A stretch of DNA of 38,295 bases from Saprospiraceae bacterium (GCA_047631875.1 JBLIAZ010000002.1:1-38295); one strand, 5' to 3'; numbered from the stretch's first letter, positions 1-9,756 are shown. Notes: generated by a model not told the origin, from the sequence alone. Numbers and translations are program-made.

Positions 1-134
1 CCATACAAGATGCTGATAACATCATAGTGATGGACGATGGTAAAATTGCAGAACAAGGCACTCATGAAGAGTTGTTAAGCCTGAATGGACTGTACAGGGA
101 TTTGTATAATCATCAATTAGAGGACAACAATTAG
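1..134 (+). CDS. ABC transporter ATP-binding/permease protein, C-terminal fragment (5' end lies outside the window)
   Basis: Frame 3 reads [43 protein letters not shown], followed by TAG at 132-134. This is the typical tail of ABCB/MsbA-type exporters. Confidence 0.6.
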   Translation, partial: IQDADNIIVMDDGKIAEQGTHEELLSLNGLYRDLYNHQLEDNN

Positions 135-219
135 AGCTGAAGCTGAATGGTTTCGCTAAACCGGACTTGCAACAAGATAAGATAGTGGTTTTACTATAAA
201 ATAAAAGGGGACCAATTAA

Positions 220-876
220 TTACTTCCAAACGGCTGCGTTAACAAGTGGTGCTATGACGGTGATTTCCTCTTTGCTTACAGGATGAACAAAAACTAATTT
301 CCTAGCATGTAAACAAATGGATTTGTCATTGTTTGGAAGCATGGCACCATACTTTAGGTCACCCTTGATTATTGCTCCAATACTAGTAAGCTGTACCCTT
401 ATTTGATGAGGCCTACCTGTTCTAGGATCCACTTCAACCAAATAATTATTACCCATGTTTTTCAAAAACTTATAATTTAGTTCGGAGCGTTTGCTGTTAT
501 TGACTTCTTTTTGATGTGCTGTGGTTTTATTCTTTTTGGAATCTTTTACTAAATAATGAATGAGCTTTCCTTCCGTAGGGTAAGGTTTTTCAATGCACAA
601 TGCCCAGTATGTTTTTTGGATTTTTTTTTCTTGAAACATTGCGTTTAACCTTGTAAGTGCTTTACTTGTTTTAGCAAAAATAATCGCTCCGCTTACTGGG
701 CGATCAAGCCTGTGTGTTGTCCCTAAATAAACATCTCCGGGTTTCTTGTACTTCTTTTTGATGTAAGCTTTTACCTTATCCGATAAGGTGCGGTCACCAG
801 TTTTATCACCTTGAGAAATTTCTCCAGATAGTTTATTCACTATAATGATGTGGTTGTCCTCGTGAAGTACCTCCAT
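220..876 (-). CDS. RluA-family pseudouridine synthase
   Basis: 218 aa. Catalytic motif HRLDRPVSG and the N-terminal HEDNHIIIVNK motif are present. It lies 9 nt downstream of panB on the same strand. Confidence 0.85.
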   Translation of the reverse strand: MEVLHEDNHIIIVNKLSGEISQGDKTGDRTLSDKVKAYIKKKYKKPGDVYLGTTHRLDRPVSGAIIFAKTSKALTRLNAMFQEKKIQKTYWALCIEKPYPTEGKLIHYLVKDSKKNKTTAHQKEVNNSKRSELNYKFLKNMGNNYLVEVDPRTGRPHQIRVQLTSIGAIIKGDLKYGAMLPNNDKSICLHARKLVFVHPVSKEEITVIAPLVNAAVWK

Positions 877-884
877 GGTGTGTT

Positions 885-1703
885 TTAGTATTGTTCCTTG
901 TCGGATGGAAAATCGCCAGAACGAACATCTTTACAATATGCACCCACGGCTCCAGTCATTTGTTCAAACAAGTTCAAATACCTTCTCAAAAATCTTGGAC
1001 TAAAGCCTTGATTCATTCCAAACATGTCGTGTGAAACTAGTACTTGGCCATCCACGTTATTTCCAGCGCCAATTCCAATCACAGGAATACTTAATGTTTC
1101 GGCAACTTTTTTCGCCAAGGCTGTTGGTATTTTTTCGAGTACTAAACCAAAAATTCCAGCTTCTTGTAAAGCCAGTGCATCGCTTATTAATTTATCAGCT
1201 TCGTCTTTTTCTTTTGCCCTGACGGTATATGTTCCAAACTTATATATGGATTGAGGTGTTAAACCCAAGTGTCCCATTACAGGAATACCAGCGGTTAAAA
1301 TTCTTTTTACAGATTCTTCTATTTCAACGCCACCTTCCATTTTTACAGCATGTGCACCAGATTCCTTCATGATGCGAATGGAGGACGCTAATCCTTCTCG
1401 TGAATTTCCTTGGTATGTTCCAAAGGGTAAATCTACTACTACTAGTGCCCTTGCAGCTCCTTTTACTACACCAGAGGCATGATAAATCATTTGATCCAAA
1501 GTAATAGGTAAGGTAGTTTCATGACCAGCCATGACGTTGGACGCTGAGTCACCGACTAATAAAATATCCACACCTCCTTGGTCAATTATTTTTGACATGG
1601 TGTAATCATATGCGGTTAGCATGGTGATTTTATGCCCCGATTTCTTCATTTCCTGAAGTGTATTCGTGGTAACTCTTTTTACTTCTTTAAAGCCTGTTGA
1701 CAT
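885..1703 (-). CDS. panB: 3-methyl-2-oxobutanoate hydroxymethyltransferase
   Basis: 272 aa. PanB-like sequence throughout (MLTAYDY, LVGDS, VVVDLPFGTYQ, VKMEGG, GHLGLTPQS). Confidence 0.92.
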   Translation of the reverse strand: MSTGFKEVKRVTTNTLQEMKKSGHKITMLTAYDYTMSKIIDQGGVDILLVGDSASNVMAGHETTLPITLDQMIYHASGVVKGAARALVVVDLPFGTYQGNSREGLASSIRIMKESGAHAVKMEGGVEIEESVKRILTAGIPVMGHLGLTPQSIYKFGTYTVRAKEKDEADKLISDALALQEAGIFGLVLEKIPTALAKKVAETLSIPVIGIGAGNNVDGQVLVSHDMFGMNQGFSPRFLRRYLNLFEQMTGAVGAYCKDVRSGDFPSDKEQY

Positions 1704-1705
1704 GG

Positions 1706-1729
1706 TTTCACATTTTAATGCGTGTGAAA
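1706..1729 (-). promoter_or_regulatory. Leader hairpin abutting the panB start codon
   Basis: TTTCACA (1706-1712) pairs perfectly with TGTGAAA (1723-1729) across a 10-nt loop. The stem ends 2 nt from the panB ATG at 1703. Confidence 0.3.
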
Positions 1730-1763
1730 TTAAATAAATATCCTGATATCGAATGTGTAATAA

Positions 1764-1840
1764 TGACGAATTGACACAATTACTGACATTGATAGTCGGA
1801 TAGCGAGACTAAAAATGACATTAAGACATCAATAAAGACA
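1764..1840. promoter_or_regulatory. Two triads of (T/A)GAC(A/G) boxes in the panB/dnaK divergent intergenic region
   Basis: Boxes start at 1764, 1772 and 1784, and again at 1816, 1824 and 1836. Both triads have the same internal spacing (8 and 12 bp) and they sit 52 bp apart. Confidence 0.35.
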
Positions 1841-1923
1841 TAAAACGGCATCAAAACCTAATGGCACAAGGATTGACTAACAGCTATCAAATAAATTAGT
1901 AATCACATAAAATATATTATACA

Positions 1924-3843
1924 ATGGCTAAGATTATAGGAATTGACCTAGGAACAACCAACTCTTGTGTAGCAGTGTTGGAAGGTTCTGAGCCTCAAGT
2001 TATTCAAAATAGCGAGGGGAAAAGAACAACACCTTCAATTGTTGCATTTACAGCAGATGGTGAAAGAAAAGTTGGAGATCCAGCTAAAAGACAAGCAATT
2101 ACAAACCCAACAAAAACGATTTCTTCTATTAAGAGGTTCATGGGAAGTACTTTTGATAACGTTAAAAATGAAATCAAAAGAATGCCTTATGAAGTTGTTA
2201 AAGGTGATAACAATACTCCAAGGGTAAAAATTGACGACAGAAATTATACGCCACAAGAAATTTCAGCGATGATTCTTCAAAAAATGAAGGCTACTGCTGC
2301 TGATTTCTTGGGAACAGAAGTAACAGAGGCTGTCATCACAGTGCCTGCTTATTTTAACGATGCACAACGTCAAGCAACTAAAGAAGCTGGTGAAATTGCA
2401 GGATTAAAAGTGAGAAGAATTATCAACGAACCAACTGCAGCAGCTTTGGCTTATGGTCTTGACAAAAAAGGTCAAGAAATGAAGATTGTAGTTTTTGATT
2501 GTGGTGGTGGAACACATGATGTTTCAGTATTAGAATTAGGTGATGGTGTTTTTGAAGTTAAGTCAACTGACGGTGACACACACTTAGGTGGTGACGATTT
2601 TGACAACATAATCATTGATTGGTTAGTGGCTGAATTTAAAAATGATGAAGGTTTGGATTTGACAAAAGATCCAATGGCTTTACAACGTTTAAAAGAAGCT
2701 GCTGAAAAAGCTAAGGTTGAATTATCTAGTGCGGCAACAACTGAAATTAATTTGCCATACATCATGCCTGTTGACGGTGTGCCAAAGCACTTAGTTAGGT
2801 CTTTAACAAGAGCTAAGTTTGAGCAAATGGCTGACAGTTTAATTAAAAGAACAATTGACCCTTGTAAAAAAGCATTGAAAAACGCAGGTTATTCAGTAGG
2901 TGACATTGATGAAATCATCATGGTTGGTGGATCTACAAGAATCCCAGCAATTCAAGAAGCAGTGAAGTCTTTCTTTGGAAAGGATCCTTCTAAAGGTGTA
3001 AATCCTGATGAAGTAGTTGCAATTGGAGCAGCTATTCAAGGTGGGGTTTTGTCTGGAGATGTGAAAGATGTGTTGTTATTAGATGTTATTCCATTGTCAG
3101 TTGGAATTGAAACAATGGGTGGAGTTGCAACAAGAATGATTGATGCAAACACAACCATTCCAACAAACAAAAAGGAAACGTATTCAACAGCTGCTGATAA
3201 CCAACCATCAGTTGAGATTAACATAGTTCAAGGTGAACGTCCTATGGCAAACGACAACAAATCATTAGGTAAATTTCACTTAGATGGCATCCCTCCAATG
3301 AGAAGAGGAGAAGCACAAATTGAAGTGACTTTTGATATTGATGCAAATGGAATTTTGAATGTTTCAGCAAAGGAGTTGAAAACAGGAAAAGAGCAAAATA
3401 TCAGGATCGAAGCTTCAAGCGGACTGTCCGAAGAGGAAATTGCTAAAATGAAAAGAGAAGCAGAAGAATTTGCTGAAGCTGATAAGGAAACAAAAGAAAA
3501 AGTAGACAAATTAAACGCTGCTGATTCTTTAATTTTCCAAGCTGAAAAGCAAGTGGAGGATTTAGGTGATAAATTACCTGCTGACAAGAAAGACCCAATT
3601 GTTGCTGCTATTGAGGAGTTGAAAAAAGCTCATCAAGCGCAAGACATCCCAGTGATTGAAACTGCAACTGAAGGTTTGAATACTGCTTTACAAGGTGCTG
3701 CTGAAGTAATGCAAGCTGCAGCTGCTGCGCAAGGGGGTCAGCCAGGTGGCGAAGCACCAGGTGCTGAAGCTGCTCAAGACGCTGAAGTAACAGATGTTGA
3801 CTTTGAAGAAGTAGAAGAGGAAGCAAAGGAAGAAGCTAAGTAA
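1924..3843 (+). CDS. dnaK: Molecular chaperone DnaK (Hsp70)
   Basis: 639 aa. Hsp70 signatures are present ([20 protein letters not shown]-like [19 protein letters not shown]), plus an acidic C-terminal tail. Confidence 0.98.
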   Translation: MAKIIGIDLGTTNSCVAVLEGSEPQVIQNSEGKRTTPSIVAFTADGERKVGDPAKRQAITNPTKTISSIKRFMGSTFDNVKNEIKRMPYEVVKGDNNTPRVKIDDRNYTPQEISAMILQKMKATAADFLGTEVTEAVITVPAYFNDAQRQATKEAGEIAGLKVRRIINEPTAAALAYGLDKKGQEMKIVVFDCGGGTHDVSVLELGDGVFEVKSTDGDTHLGGDDFDNIIIDWLVAEFKNDEGLDLTKDPMALQRLKEAAEKAKVELSSAATTEINLPYIMPVDGVPKHLVRSLTRAKFEQMADSLIKRTIDPCKKALKNAGYSVGDIDEIIMVGGSTRIPAIQEAVKSFFGKDPSKGVNPDEVVAIGAAIQGGVLSGDVKDVLLLDVIPLSVGIETMGGVATRMIDANTTIPTNKKETYSTAADNQPSVEINIVQGERPMANDNKSLGKFHLDGIPPMRRGEAQIEVTFDIDANGILNVSAKELKTGKEQNIRIEASSGLSEEEIAKMKREAEEFAEADKETKEKVDKLNAADSLIFQAEKQVEDLGDKLPADKKDPIVAAIEELKKAHQAQDIPVIETATEGLNTALQGAAEVMQAAAAAQGGQPGGEAPGAEAAQDAEVTDVDFEEVEEEAKEEAK

Positions 3844-3865
3844 TCACTTAGTAATAATGATTCAC

Positions 3866-3897
3866 AAAAAGGTCTCGCAAATTGCGGGACCTTTTTT
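3866..3897 (+). terminator. Rho-independent terminator after dnaK
   Basis: GGTCTCGC (3871-3878) pairs with GCGGGACC (3884-3891) with one G-U pair. It is followed by TTTTTT (3892-3897) and preceded by an A-run. Confidence 0.8.
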
Positions 3898-3935
3898 ATT
3901 TGCCTAGTTTTAAATTTCAAACAACACCTCTTGTA

Positions 3936-5462
3936 ATGAAGACCTTGCGAAACACCTGCTATATTTTTATTCTGAATTTAATATTGACCTCTTGTTCAAG
4001 TGAGGAAATCGACAGGACTCAATATTTTCCTGAGCATCCAACGATGGTTGTAAAGTTTAATGCGACAGGGTACATCCAGGATACTTTTGATGATTACCTG
4101 ACTGATGGTAAAGGAATTTATGATGAAGTAGTCACTGGTATAGCCGGAGTATTCATGGCTCCCGGAGCAATGGGTGTGGAAAGCATGACTGATCATTTCT
4201 TGTTTGTTCAAGAACTAGAAAATAAAGAGCAGGTTATTGGTTTAATTTTAGCGTTGAGTGAAGGTAAAAAATTCACTGCCTATTTAAAGTCAATGAATTT
4301 AGTAGTTGAAGATGTTGCTGGATTAAACCATGTGATGCTTAATGACAGTACTAATCTTGTTTGGGACAAGAAAACAGCTATTGTTCAAAGCTATTCAAAC
4401 GTTGCTCTATTTGACAAATACAATACCATAGCTTTATTTGAAGAAAGGTCTTGGGACAAAGAAGCAGAGGTGCGCACAAGGAAAGCGATCCAGGATTTTA
4501 AAAACAGTGAAGCTCATTTTACCTTGTGGAATTCTGGAGCAAGTAATTCGGTATTATTTAGCGCTTCTAAATTCTTTCAGGAATATAGTTATTTAGTGAA
4601 TATGTTCACCTCAGATAATGAAGTGTCTTTAATGGAATTTGAAGTTGAAAAGAATAGAATAAGGATTAAGCAGAAAATATACTTGCCCTCTAATGAAGTT
4701 GAATTAAGTATGTCTCAACGTAAAGCAAACAGCTTTTCTGATGACCTTGTTTTTATACCAACCACTAAACCTGAAGCTTGGTTTTCAGCGTCCTTGTCTC
4801 AAAAAGCCATGCTCAAGATGTTGAAAGGCAACAAAGAGCTGAGTGTCATGTTTGATGAAAATCTTTCAGTATTGCTTAACATGGAGGAAGTTTGTGATTA
4901 TTTAAATGGAGATGTATTCTTTTCATATAATGGGGTAGATGTACGTGAAAAAATGGTCTTTGAAAGTGAATTCAATCAAGAAACAGGGGAGTACGAAAGT
5001 GGAGAAGTGAGTAAAAAAGTAGAGCAAAAATTTTACACTCTTGCATTGGGGCTAAAGGAAAACAGTGGTTTCTCAGAAAAGTTAATGGGCATTTCTATGT
5101 TTTTAAATATTAACAAGGGGGTATACAACTTTAAAGAAGAGTTCTTTTTTCAAATAAAAAATAACATCGTTTATTTGGCAACCTCCCCCAAGAGCATAGA
5201 GCTTTTTAGTGGTGAGTTAGGAAAATCAACTGCTGAGCACTTATCTCTTATGACAGAAAATGAGCTTGCTGCTGCATTAAAATTCAATAGTGAAGTGGAC
5301 CTGTATTTCCCCATTAAAGGAATACGGGAACTAAATGTTAAAAAAGCAGCAGTAGAGGAATATTTAGGAGAAACAGAATTTAACTTGGTTTTCGACAAAG
5401 ACAAAAATGCTGTAATTGAATTAACTTCCATTTTAATTCAGTTAATCGACAAAATTCAATAA
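3936..5462 (+). CDS. Hypothetical lipoprotein, function unknown (resembles large Bacteroidota-specific DUF lipoproteins)
   Basis: The ORF-track start at 3882 (TTG) lies inside the dnaK terminator hairpin. The ATG at 3936 gives MKTLRNTCYIFILNLILTSCSSEE, a signal peptide with a lipobox Cys. Confidence 0.7.
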   Translation: MKTLRNTCYIFILNLILTSCSSEEIDRTQYFPEHPTMVVKFNATGYIQDTFDDYLTDGKGIYDEVVTGIAGVFMAPGAMGVESMTDHFLFVQELENKEQVIGLILALSEGKKFTAYLKSMNLVVEDVAGLNHVMLNDSTNLVWDKKTAIVQSYSNVALFDKYNTIALFEERSWDKEAEVRTRKAIQDFKNSEAHFTLWNSGASNSVLFSASKFFQEYSYLVNMFTSDNEVSLMEFEVEKNRIRIKQKIYLPSNEVELSMSQRKANSFSDDLVFIPTTKPEAWFSASLSQKAMLKMLKGNKELSVMFDENLSVLLNMEEVCDYLNGDVFFSYNGVDVREKMVFESEFNQETGEYESGEVSKKVEQKFYTLALGLKENSGFSEKLMGISMFLNINKGVYNFKEEFFFQIKNNIVYLATSPKSIELFSGELGKSTAEHLSLMTENELAAALKFNSEVDLYFPIKGIRELNVKKAAVEEYLGETEFNLVFDKDKNAVIELTSILIQLIDKIQ

Positions 5463-5512
5463 TTCAGGAGTTGAGCTTGATTATATTTTTTTTTAAAAAA
5501 ACAACAAAAGGA

Positions 5513-5543
5513 TTGAATTTTCGTATAATGTAAGCTATATTTG
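5513..5543 (+). promoter_or_regulatory. Bacteroidota-type promoter (-33 TTG / -7 TATATTTG)
   Basis: TTG at 5513-5515, a 20-nt spacer, then TATATTTG at 5536-5543. The box ends 20 nt upstream of the ATG at 5564. Confidence 0.4.
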
Positions 5544-5563
5544 ATTAGCTAATTATTTTGACA

Positions 5564-5689
5564 ATGAAAAAGATTTTTTTTGCAGTGATTGCCCTTACTT
5601 TTTTTGCTACGGCTTGCAAGCCGCACAACCAACAACAGGGTAATTATGAAAAACTTGAGCGATTCCACCTACAAAAGAAGGTTAAGTAA
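5564..5689 (+). CDS. Small putative lipoprotein (41 aa), below the ORF-track size cut-off
   Basis: Translates to MKKIFFAVIALTFFATACKPHNQQQGNYEKLERFHLQKKVK with TAA at 5687-5689. It has a signal peptide with an ATAC lipobox and a canonical promoter just upstream. Confidence 0.4.
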   Translation: MKKIFFAVIALTFFATACKPHNQQQGNYEKLERFHLQKKVK

Positions 5690-5939
5690 TAGCAGTAGTT
5701 TTTCTTAAATCAGTTTGAGCTTATTAAAGGTGTTAGTGCAATTTGAATTTTGCTTGATGCTTGCGTTTTCAACTTTTATCTTTATTAGTCAAAGCTTTTC
5801 ATGAAATTTTCGGTAAGGTTTATGCTATGGTCTTCATGCCATTAATTCAGAACCAGTCAAATAGGTAATAATTACACTTTATTTTCGTTTAACTTTTCGT
5901 ATTATTGGTATCCTTAAATATTATTAGGGTAATTTAAAC

Positions 5940-8900
5940 ATGAAAAAGACATTACTTTTTTGCTTTTTAGTGCCCCTTACCTTGTTTTCACAAGGTGAGT
6001 TTAACAATTGGCATTTTGGTGAAGGGTTAACTTTTAATTTCAACAGTGGTAGTCCTGTGGTTGGAACTTTCAGCCAAGTGTCTTCTAGTAATTCTGAAGG
6101 AACGGCCTCTGTCAGTGATTGTGAAGGAAATTTATTGTTTTACACAAGCGGTCAAACGGTTTGGAATAAGTCTAATAACATCATGTCAAACGGTACTGGA
6201 TTGAATGGTGTTTCTCCTTCTGTTTTTAATGGAACATATGCTACTCAAGGTGCGTTAATCGTAAAGCGACCAGAAACCTCAGGTATCTATTATATTTTTA
6301 CTTCTTCTCAAGCAAAAGGATTGTATTACTCGATTGTTAACATGAACCTGAATTCCGGTTTAGGTGCGGTAATCATTAAAAACACATTATTATCAACTAA
6401 TAAATCAGAAAAATTGGCTGTGACATACCATAGCAACGGGAAAGATATTTGGGTTGTTACCCATTACGGTGGAAGTAATCAATATGAATCTTTTTTAGTA
6501 ACACGAACCGGTGTTGCTGCTTCAAGTGTAAGTTCGTTTGATGGAGTGAACCATAATGATACTCACGGTGATCTTAAAATTTCCAGAGACGGAAAGAAAA
6601 TAGGTGCTGTTGTCGACTTTAAGGGCGTGGTTTACCTTGGTGATTTTAACAACAGTACAGGAGTTGTATCAAACACTGCTTCATTGGGTGGTTTTGCTAG
6701 TCCACATGGGGTAGAGTTTTCACCTAATAGCAGTAAGATGTACATCAATTCTAATGACAGTAGAGGTGTGATTCAATTTAGTCTTATCGGAACGAACAGT
6801 CAATCATTAAGCAGTGATGTGACAATAAGCAATTCAGGGAATATCTATGGGTCATTGCAGTTAGGCCCTGATGATTTAATTTATGTGACAACTCATGGCT
6901 CGAGCTACATTGGTGTAATTAATAATCCTGATGCATTTGGAAGTTCCGCTAATTACATTAATAATGCTGTGTCAGTTGGAGGGAACAGGGCCGGTTACGA
7001 ACTCACAAATGTGACATTAATTAGCCCAAATTCATTTAATGGTCCTAATACTGTGTTGTTTAATAGTACTTGTGCTAACGACATTACCAAATTTAGTTTA
7101 GGAGTTGAAACAGATGTTGTAGATGTATTGTGGGAATTTGGGGATCCCAATTCAATCTTGAAAAATTACTCTACTAAAATGAGTCCCGAACATCAATTTA
7201 CTTCTGTGGGTACATACTACGGAAAAGTCGTCATTAATTATTCTTGCGGAAAGGAAACCATCAATTTTACGGTAATAATTTCTGAGGCACCTGTATTCAA
7301 CCTGCCTGATAAAGTTGTTTGCTCTGGTGCGCCAACAAACATTGGGATATCTGGCATATCAAACTCCAGTTATCTTTGGACCCCAAGTACCGGTCTGAAT
7401 AGTAACACGATTTCAAACCCAACCTTAACTATATCTTCTTCTGTTTCGATTAAAATATTACAGTACAATCTTACTGTCACAAATAACTCTAGTTCATGTA
7501 GTAGCTCACAAAGTATGAGAGTGACTATGGCAAATGCGCAAGTTGATGCAGGTCCAGACATTGAAATGTGTTCTGGAGATACAGTGCAAATTGGCTCACC
7601 TGATACTTCAGATCACACTTATTCGTGGTCTCCGTCAATAAATGTTTTTTCTCCAAATAGTTCTTTGACCGATGTGGTCGTGTTTAATAATACAGAAATA
7701 TCAGTTACGAATGTATACACCTTAACTGCAACGTATTTGGGATGTGTCTCTACAGACCAAGTAAGTTTAACCGTAAAACCACTTCCGAAAATTAATTTAC
7801 CAAAGGACACTACAATTTGTTCTTTAGACTCTATTGTATTAAATGTAAATGGTAATCAGAATGCTACTTATATGTGGTCTACTGCCGAGGGGCTAAACAA
7901 TACTACCGCAGTGAGTCCAAATTTTGCTATTTCGAATAAGGATACTGAAATTGTGGAATATTTAAAATTCGTTGAGATTTCAAACAATGGTTGTACCTAT
8001 ATTGATACTGTTTCAATTAAGGTTAATCCACAAGCAGGTGTAGATGATTATCAATACTTGTGTCCTGGATTTGGTGTGGAATTAAGTCCATTTGGAAAGG
8101 GAGTTAACTTTTTATGGACTCCGAATCAAGACATTGATAATGTTAACATTAAAAACCCAACAGTTAACCCTTCGTCTTCGATTACCTACTATTTAAACGT
8201 TACTGACGTTTATGGTTGTTCGTATTTGGATAGCGTATTTGTTGATGTAAATCCAGTAGTTCCTTTGGACTTAGGTCCCGATACTGTGATATGCCGAGAC
8301 GACACAATTTTAATTGGTTCAATTGGGCATCCTTTGAATGCTATTTACACTTGGTTGCCAAATAAGTTTCTAAGTAACCCTGACTCTAATTACACTTTTA
8401 CTTACCCCGACTCCACATTGTCTTACTTTGTGACTAGTCAAAGTGACACCTGTTTCGGATATGATACCATTCAGGTAAAAGTGAATCAATTACCAAATGT
8501 AGTCCTTGAGTCAGATTCAAGCATTTGTTTCAGAGACAGCATATACCTCGTGGTTACAGGGGCACAAAATTATACCTGGACACCAAACAGTTTCATTACC
8601 ACTAATAATGATTCAGCATACGTATTTCCCCATGACACAATCGATTACATTGTAAGAGGAGTTGACACAAACAGTTGTGTTAGTTTTGACACAGTTACTG
8701 TAAGTGTTCGACCACTGCCAATCATTAATTTAACACCTGATTCAAGTGTTTGCTTGACTGACTCTATTCAAGTTACAGCCAAAGGAGGAGGAACTTATTC
8801 GTGGTTTCCTAGTGAGTTTGTAAATGATGACACGCTGTCAAACCCTTTTTTGATTCCAAATAAAGACACCCGCTTTATTGTTACGGTAATAGGTGAAAAT

Positions 8901-9692
8901 AATTGTACTGAAAATGATACTGTTGATGTCATTGTACACGCTTTACCAGTGATTGCAATGACCTCAGACACAATAATATGTGATGGTACAAAAGCATACT
9001 TGTGGGCAACAGGAGGAGTACAATACAAATGGTCACCTGAACAAAATTTAAATGCCAGTAACATATCCAATCCAGTTTCATCCACCACAGTAGCTGAAAC
9101 TTACCAGGTAATCGTGATTGACGGAAATAATTGTATTGATTCCTTGTCAACAAATGTGGGCGTTAATGTTACACCTGAAGCGGATTTTGACTATTCTTTT
9201 ATTGCGTCCTGTCCTGGATTTGATGTCGACTTTACTGATAAAAGTGCCAACATGGACAGTTGGAATTGGATATTTGGAGATGGAGCAGTAAGTTTGGATA
9301 AGTCACCAAATCATGTATACGAGTTTGGAAAATCTGTAACGACCACATTGATAGTTGGCAACAATAGTTATTGTTTTGATACAGCCACTGTAAATTTTGA
9401 CTGGAAAAAATTAGAAGACTACATTAAAATTGAGGCCCCAAATATAATTACTCCAAATGGAAACAAAGTAAACGATTGTTTCGAAGTGAAAATTGAAGGT
9501 GATTTTGATGACTGTACTAAAATAGAAGTATTCAACAGGTGGGGTATGAAAGTATATGACAATCAGGAGTTTGACACCTGTTTTAAAGGCGTCAATGAGT
9601 ATAATTTTCAGGAATTAACTCAAGGCACCTACTTTTATGTGATCACGGTGAACGACTACATTAAAAATGGATTTATTCATATAGCAAGGTAA
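5940..9692 (+). CDS. Large secreted adhesin-like protein with a T9SS type-B (gliding-motility-associated, CHU_C-like) C-terminal sorting domain
   Basis: 1250 aa with an N-terminal signal peptide. Two PKD-like segments are present (WEFGDPNS...; WNWIFGDGA...). The last ~88 aa read APNIITPNGNKVNDCFEV...VFNRWGMKVY...GTYFYVI, which matches the type-B CTD pattern. Confidence 0.88.
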   Translation: MKKTLLFCFLVPLTLFSQGEFNNWHFGEGLTFNFNSGSPVVGTFSQVSSSNSEGTASVSDCEGNLLFYTSGQTVWNKSNNIMSNGTGLNGVSPSVFNGTYATQGALIVKRPETSGIYYIFTSSQAKGLYYSIVNMNLNSGLGAVIIKNTLLSTNKSEKLAVTYHSNGKDIWVVTHYGGSNQYESFLVTRTGVAASSVSSFDGVNHNDTHGDLKISRDGKKIGAVVDFKGVVYLGDFNNSTGVVSNTASLGGFASPHGVEFSPNSSKMYINSNDSRGVIQFSLIGTNSQSLSSDVTISNSGNIYGSLQLGPDDLIYVTTHGSSYIGVINNPDAFGSSANYINNAVSVGGNRAGYELTNVTLISPNSFNGPNTVLFNSTCANDITKFSLGVETDVVDVLWEFGDPNSILKNYSTKMSPEHQFTSVGTYYGKVVINYSCGKETINFTVIISEAPVFNLPDKVVCSGAPTNIGISGISNSSYLWTPSTGLNSNTISNPTLTISSSVSIKILQYNLTVTNNSSSCSSSQSMRVTMANAQVDAGPDIEMCSGDTVQIGSPDTSDHTYSWSPSINVFSPNSSLTDVVVFNNTEISVTNVYTLTATYLGCVSTDQVSLTVKPLPKINLPKDTTICSLDSIVLNVNGNQNATYMWSTAEGLNNTTAVSPNFAISNKDTEIVEYLKFVEISNNGCTYIDTVSIKVNPQAGVDDYQYLCPGFGVELSPFGKGVNFLWTPNQDIDNVNIKNPTVNPSSSITYYLNVTDVYGCSYLDSVFVDVNPVVPLDLGPDTVICRDDTILIGSIGHPLNAIYTWLPNKFLSNPDSNYTFTYPDSTLSYFVTSQSDTCFGYDTIQVKVNQLPNVVLESDSSICFRDSIYLVVTGAQNYTWTPNSFITTNNDSAYVFPHDTIDYIVRGVDTNSCVSFDTVTVSVRPLPIINLTPDSSVCLTDSIQVTAKGGGTYSWFPSEFVNDDTLSNPFLIPNKDTRFIVTVIGENNCTENDTVDVIVHALPVIAMTSDTIICDGTKAYLWATGGVQYKWSPEQNLNASNISNPVSSTTVAETYQVIVIDGNNCIDSLSTNVGVNVTPEADFDYSFIASCPGFDVDFTDKSANMDSWNWIFGDGAVSLDKSPNHVYEFGKSVTTTLIVGNNSYCFDTATVNFDWKKLEDYIKIEAPNIITPNGNKVNDCFEVKIEGDFDDCTKIEVFNRWGMKVYDNQEFDTCFKGVNEYNFQELTQGTYFYVITVNDYIKNGFIHIAR
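7290..9170 (+). repeat. Eight tandem ~75-83-aa two-cysteine Ig-like modules inside the adhesin (similar at protein level, diverged at DNA level)
   Basis: Recurring pattern: LP.i.l..D..iC.gdsi.L.a.G...Y.W.P...l......NP.v.P..tt.Y.v.v.d..gC...D.v.v.V.p. Confidence 0.6.
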
Positions 9693-9756
9693 CCCTTGTT
9701 CAATTTTCACGTTAATAAATTAATGATGAATATACTCACTGTCTAAAAAAGTTCCT

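Noticed and set aside
1024-1254. Plus-strand ORFs 1024-1254 and 1031-1222 inside panB
   Set aside because: They are antisense or alternate-frame shadows of the clearly conserved panB reading frame.
2035-3826. Several 60-100-aa ORFs inside and antisense to dnaK (e.g. 2035-2256, 2472-2765, 3276-3587, 3608-3826)
   Set aside because: They overlap an unambiguous, highly conserved Hsp70 frame. Their translations are low-complexity with no motifs. These are ordinary shadow ORFs of an AT-rich genome.
3882-3935. N-terminal extension of the lipoprotein gene from a TTG at 3882
   Set aside because: The TTG lies inside the dnaK terminator hairpin. The ATG at 3936 begins a proper lipoprotein signal peptide.
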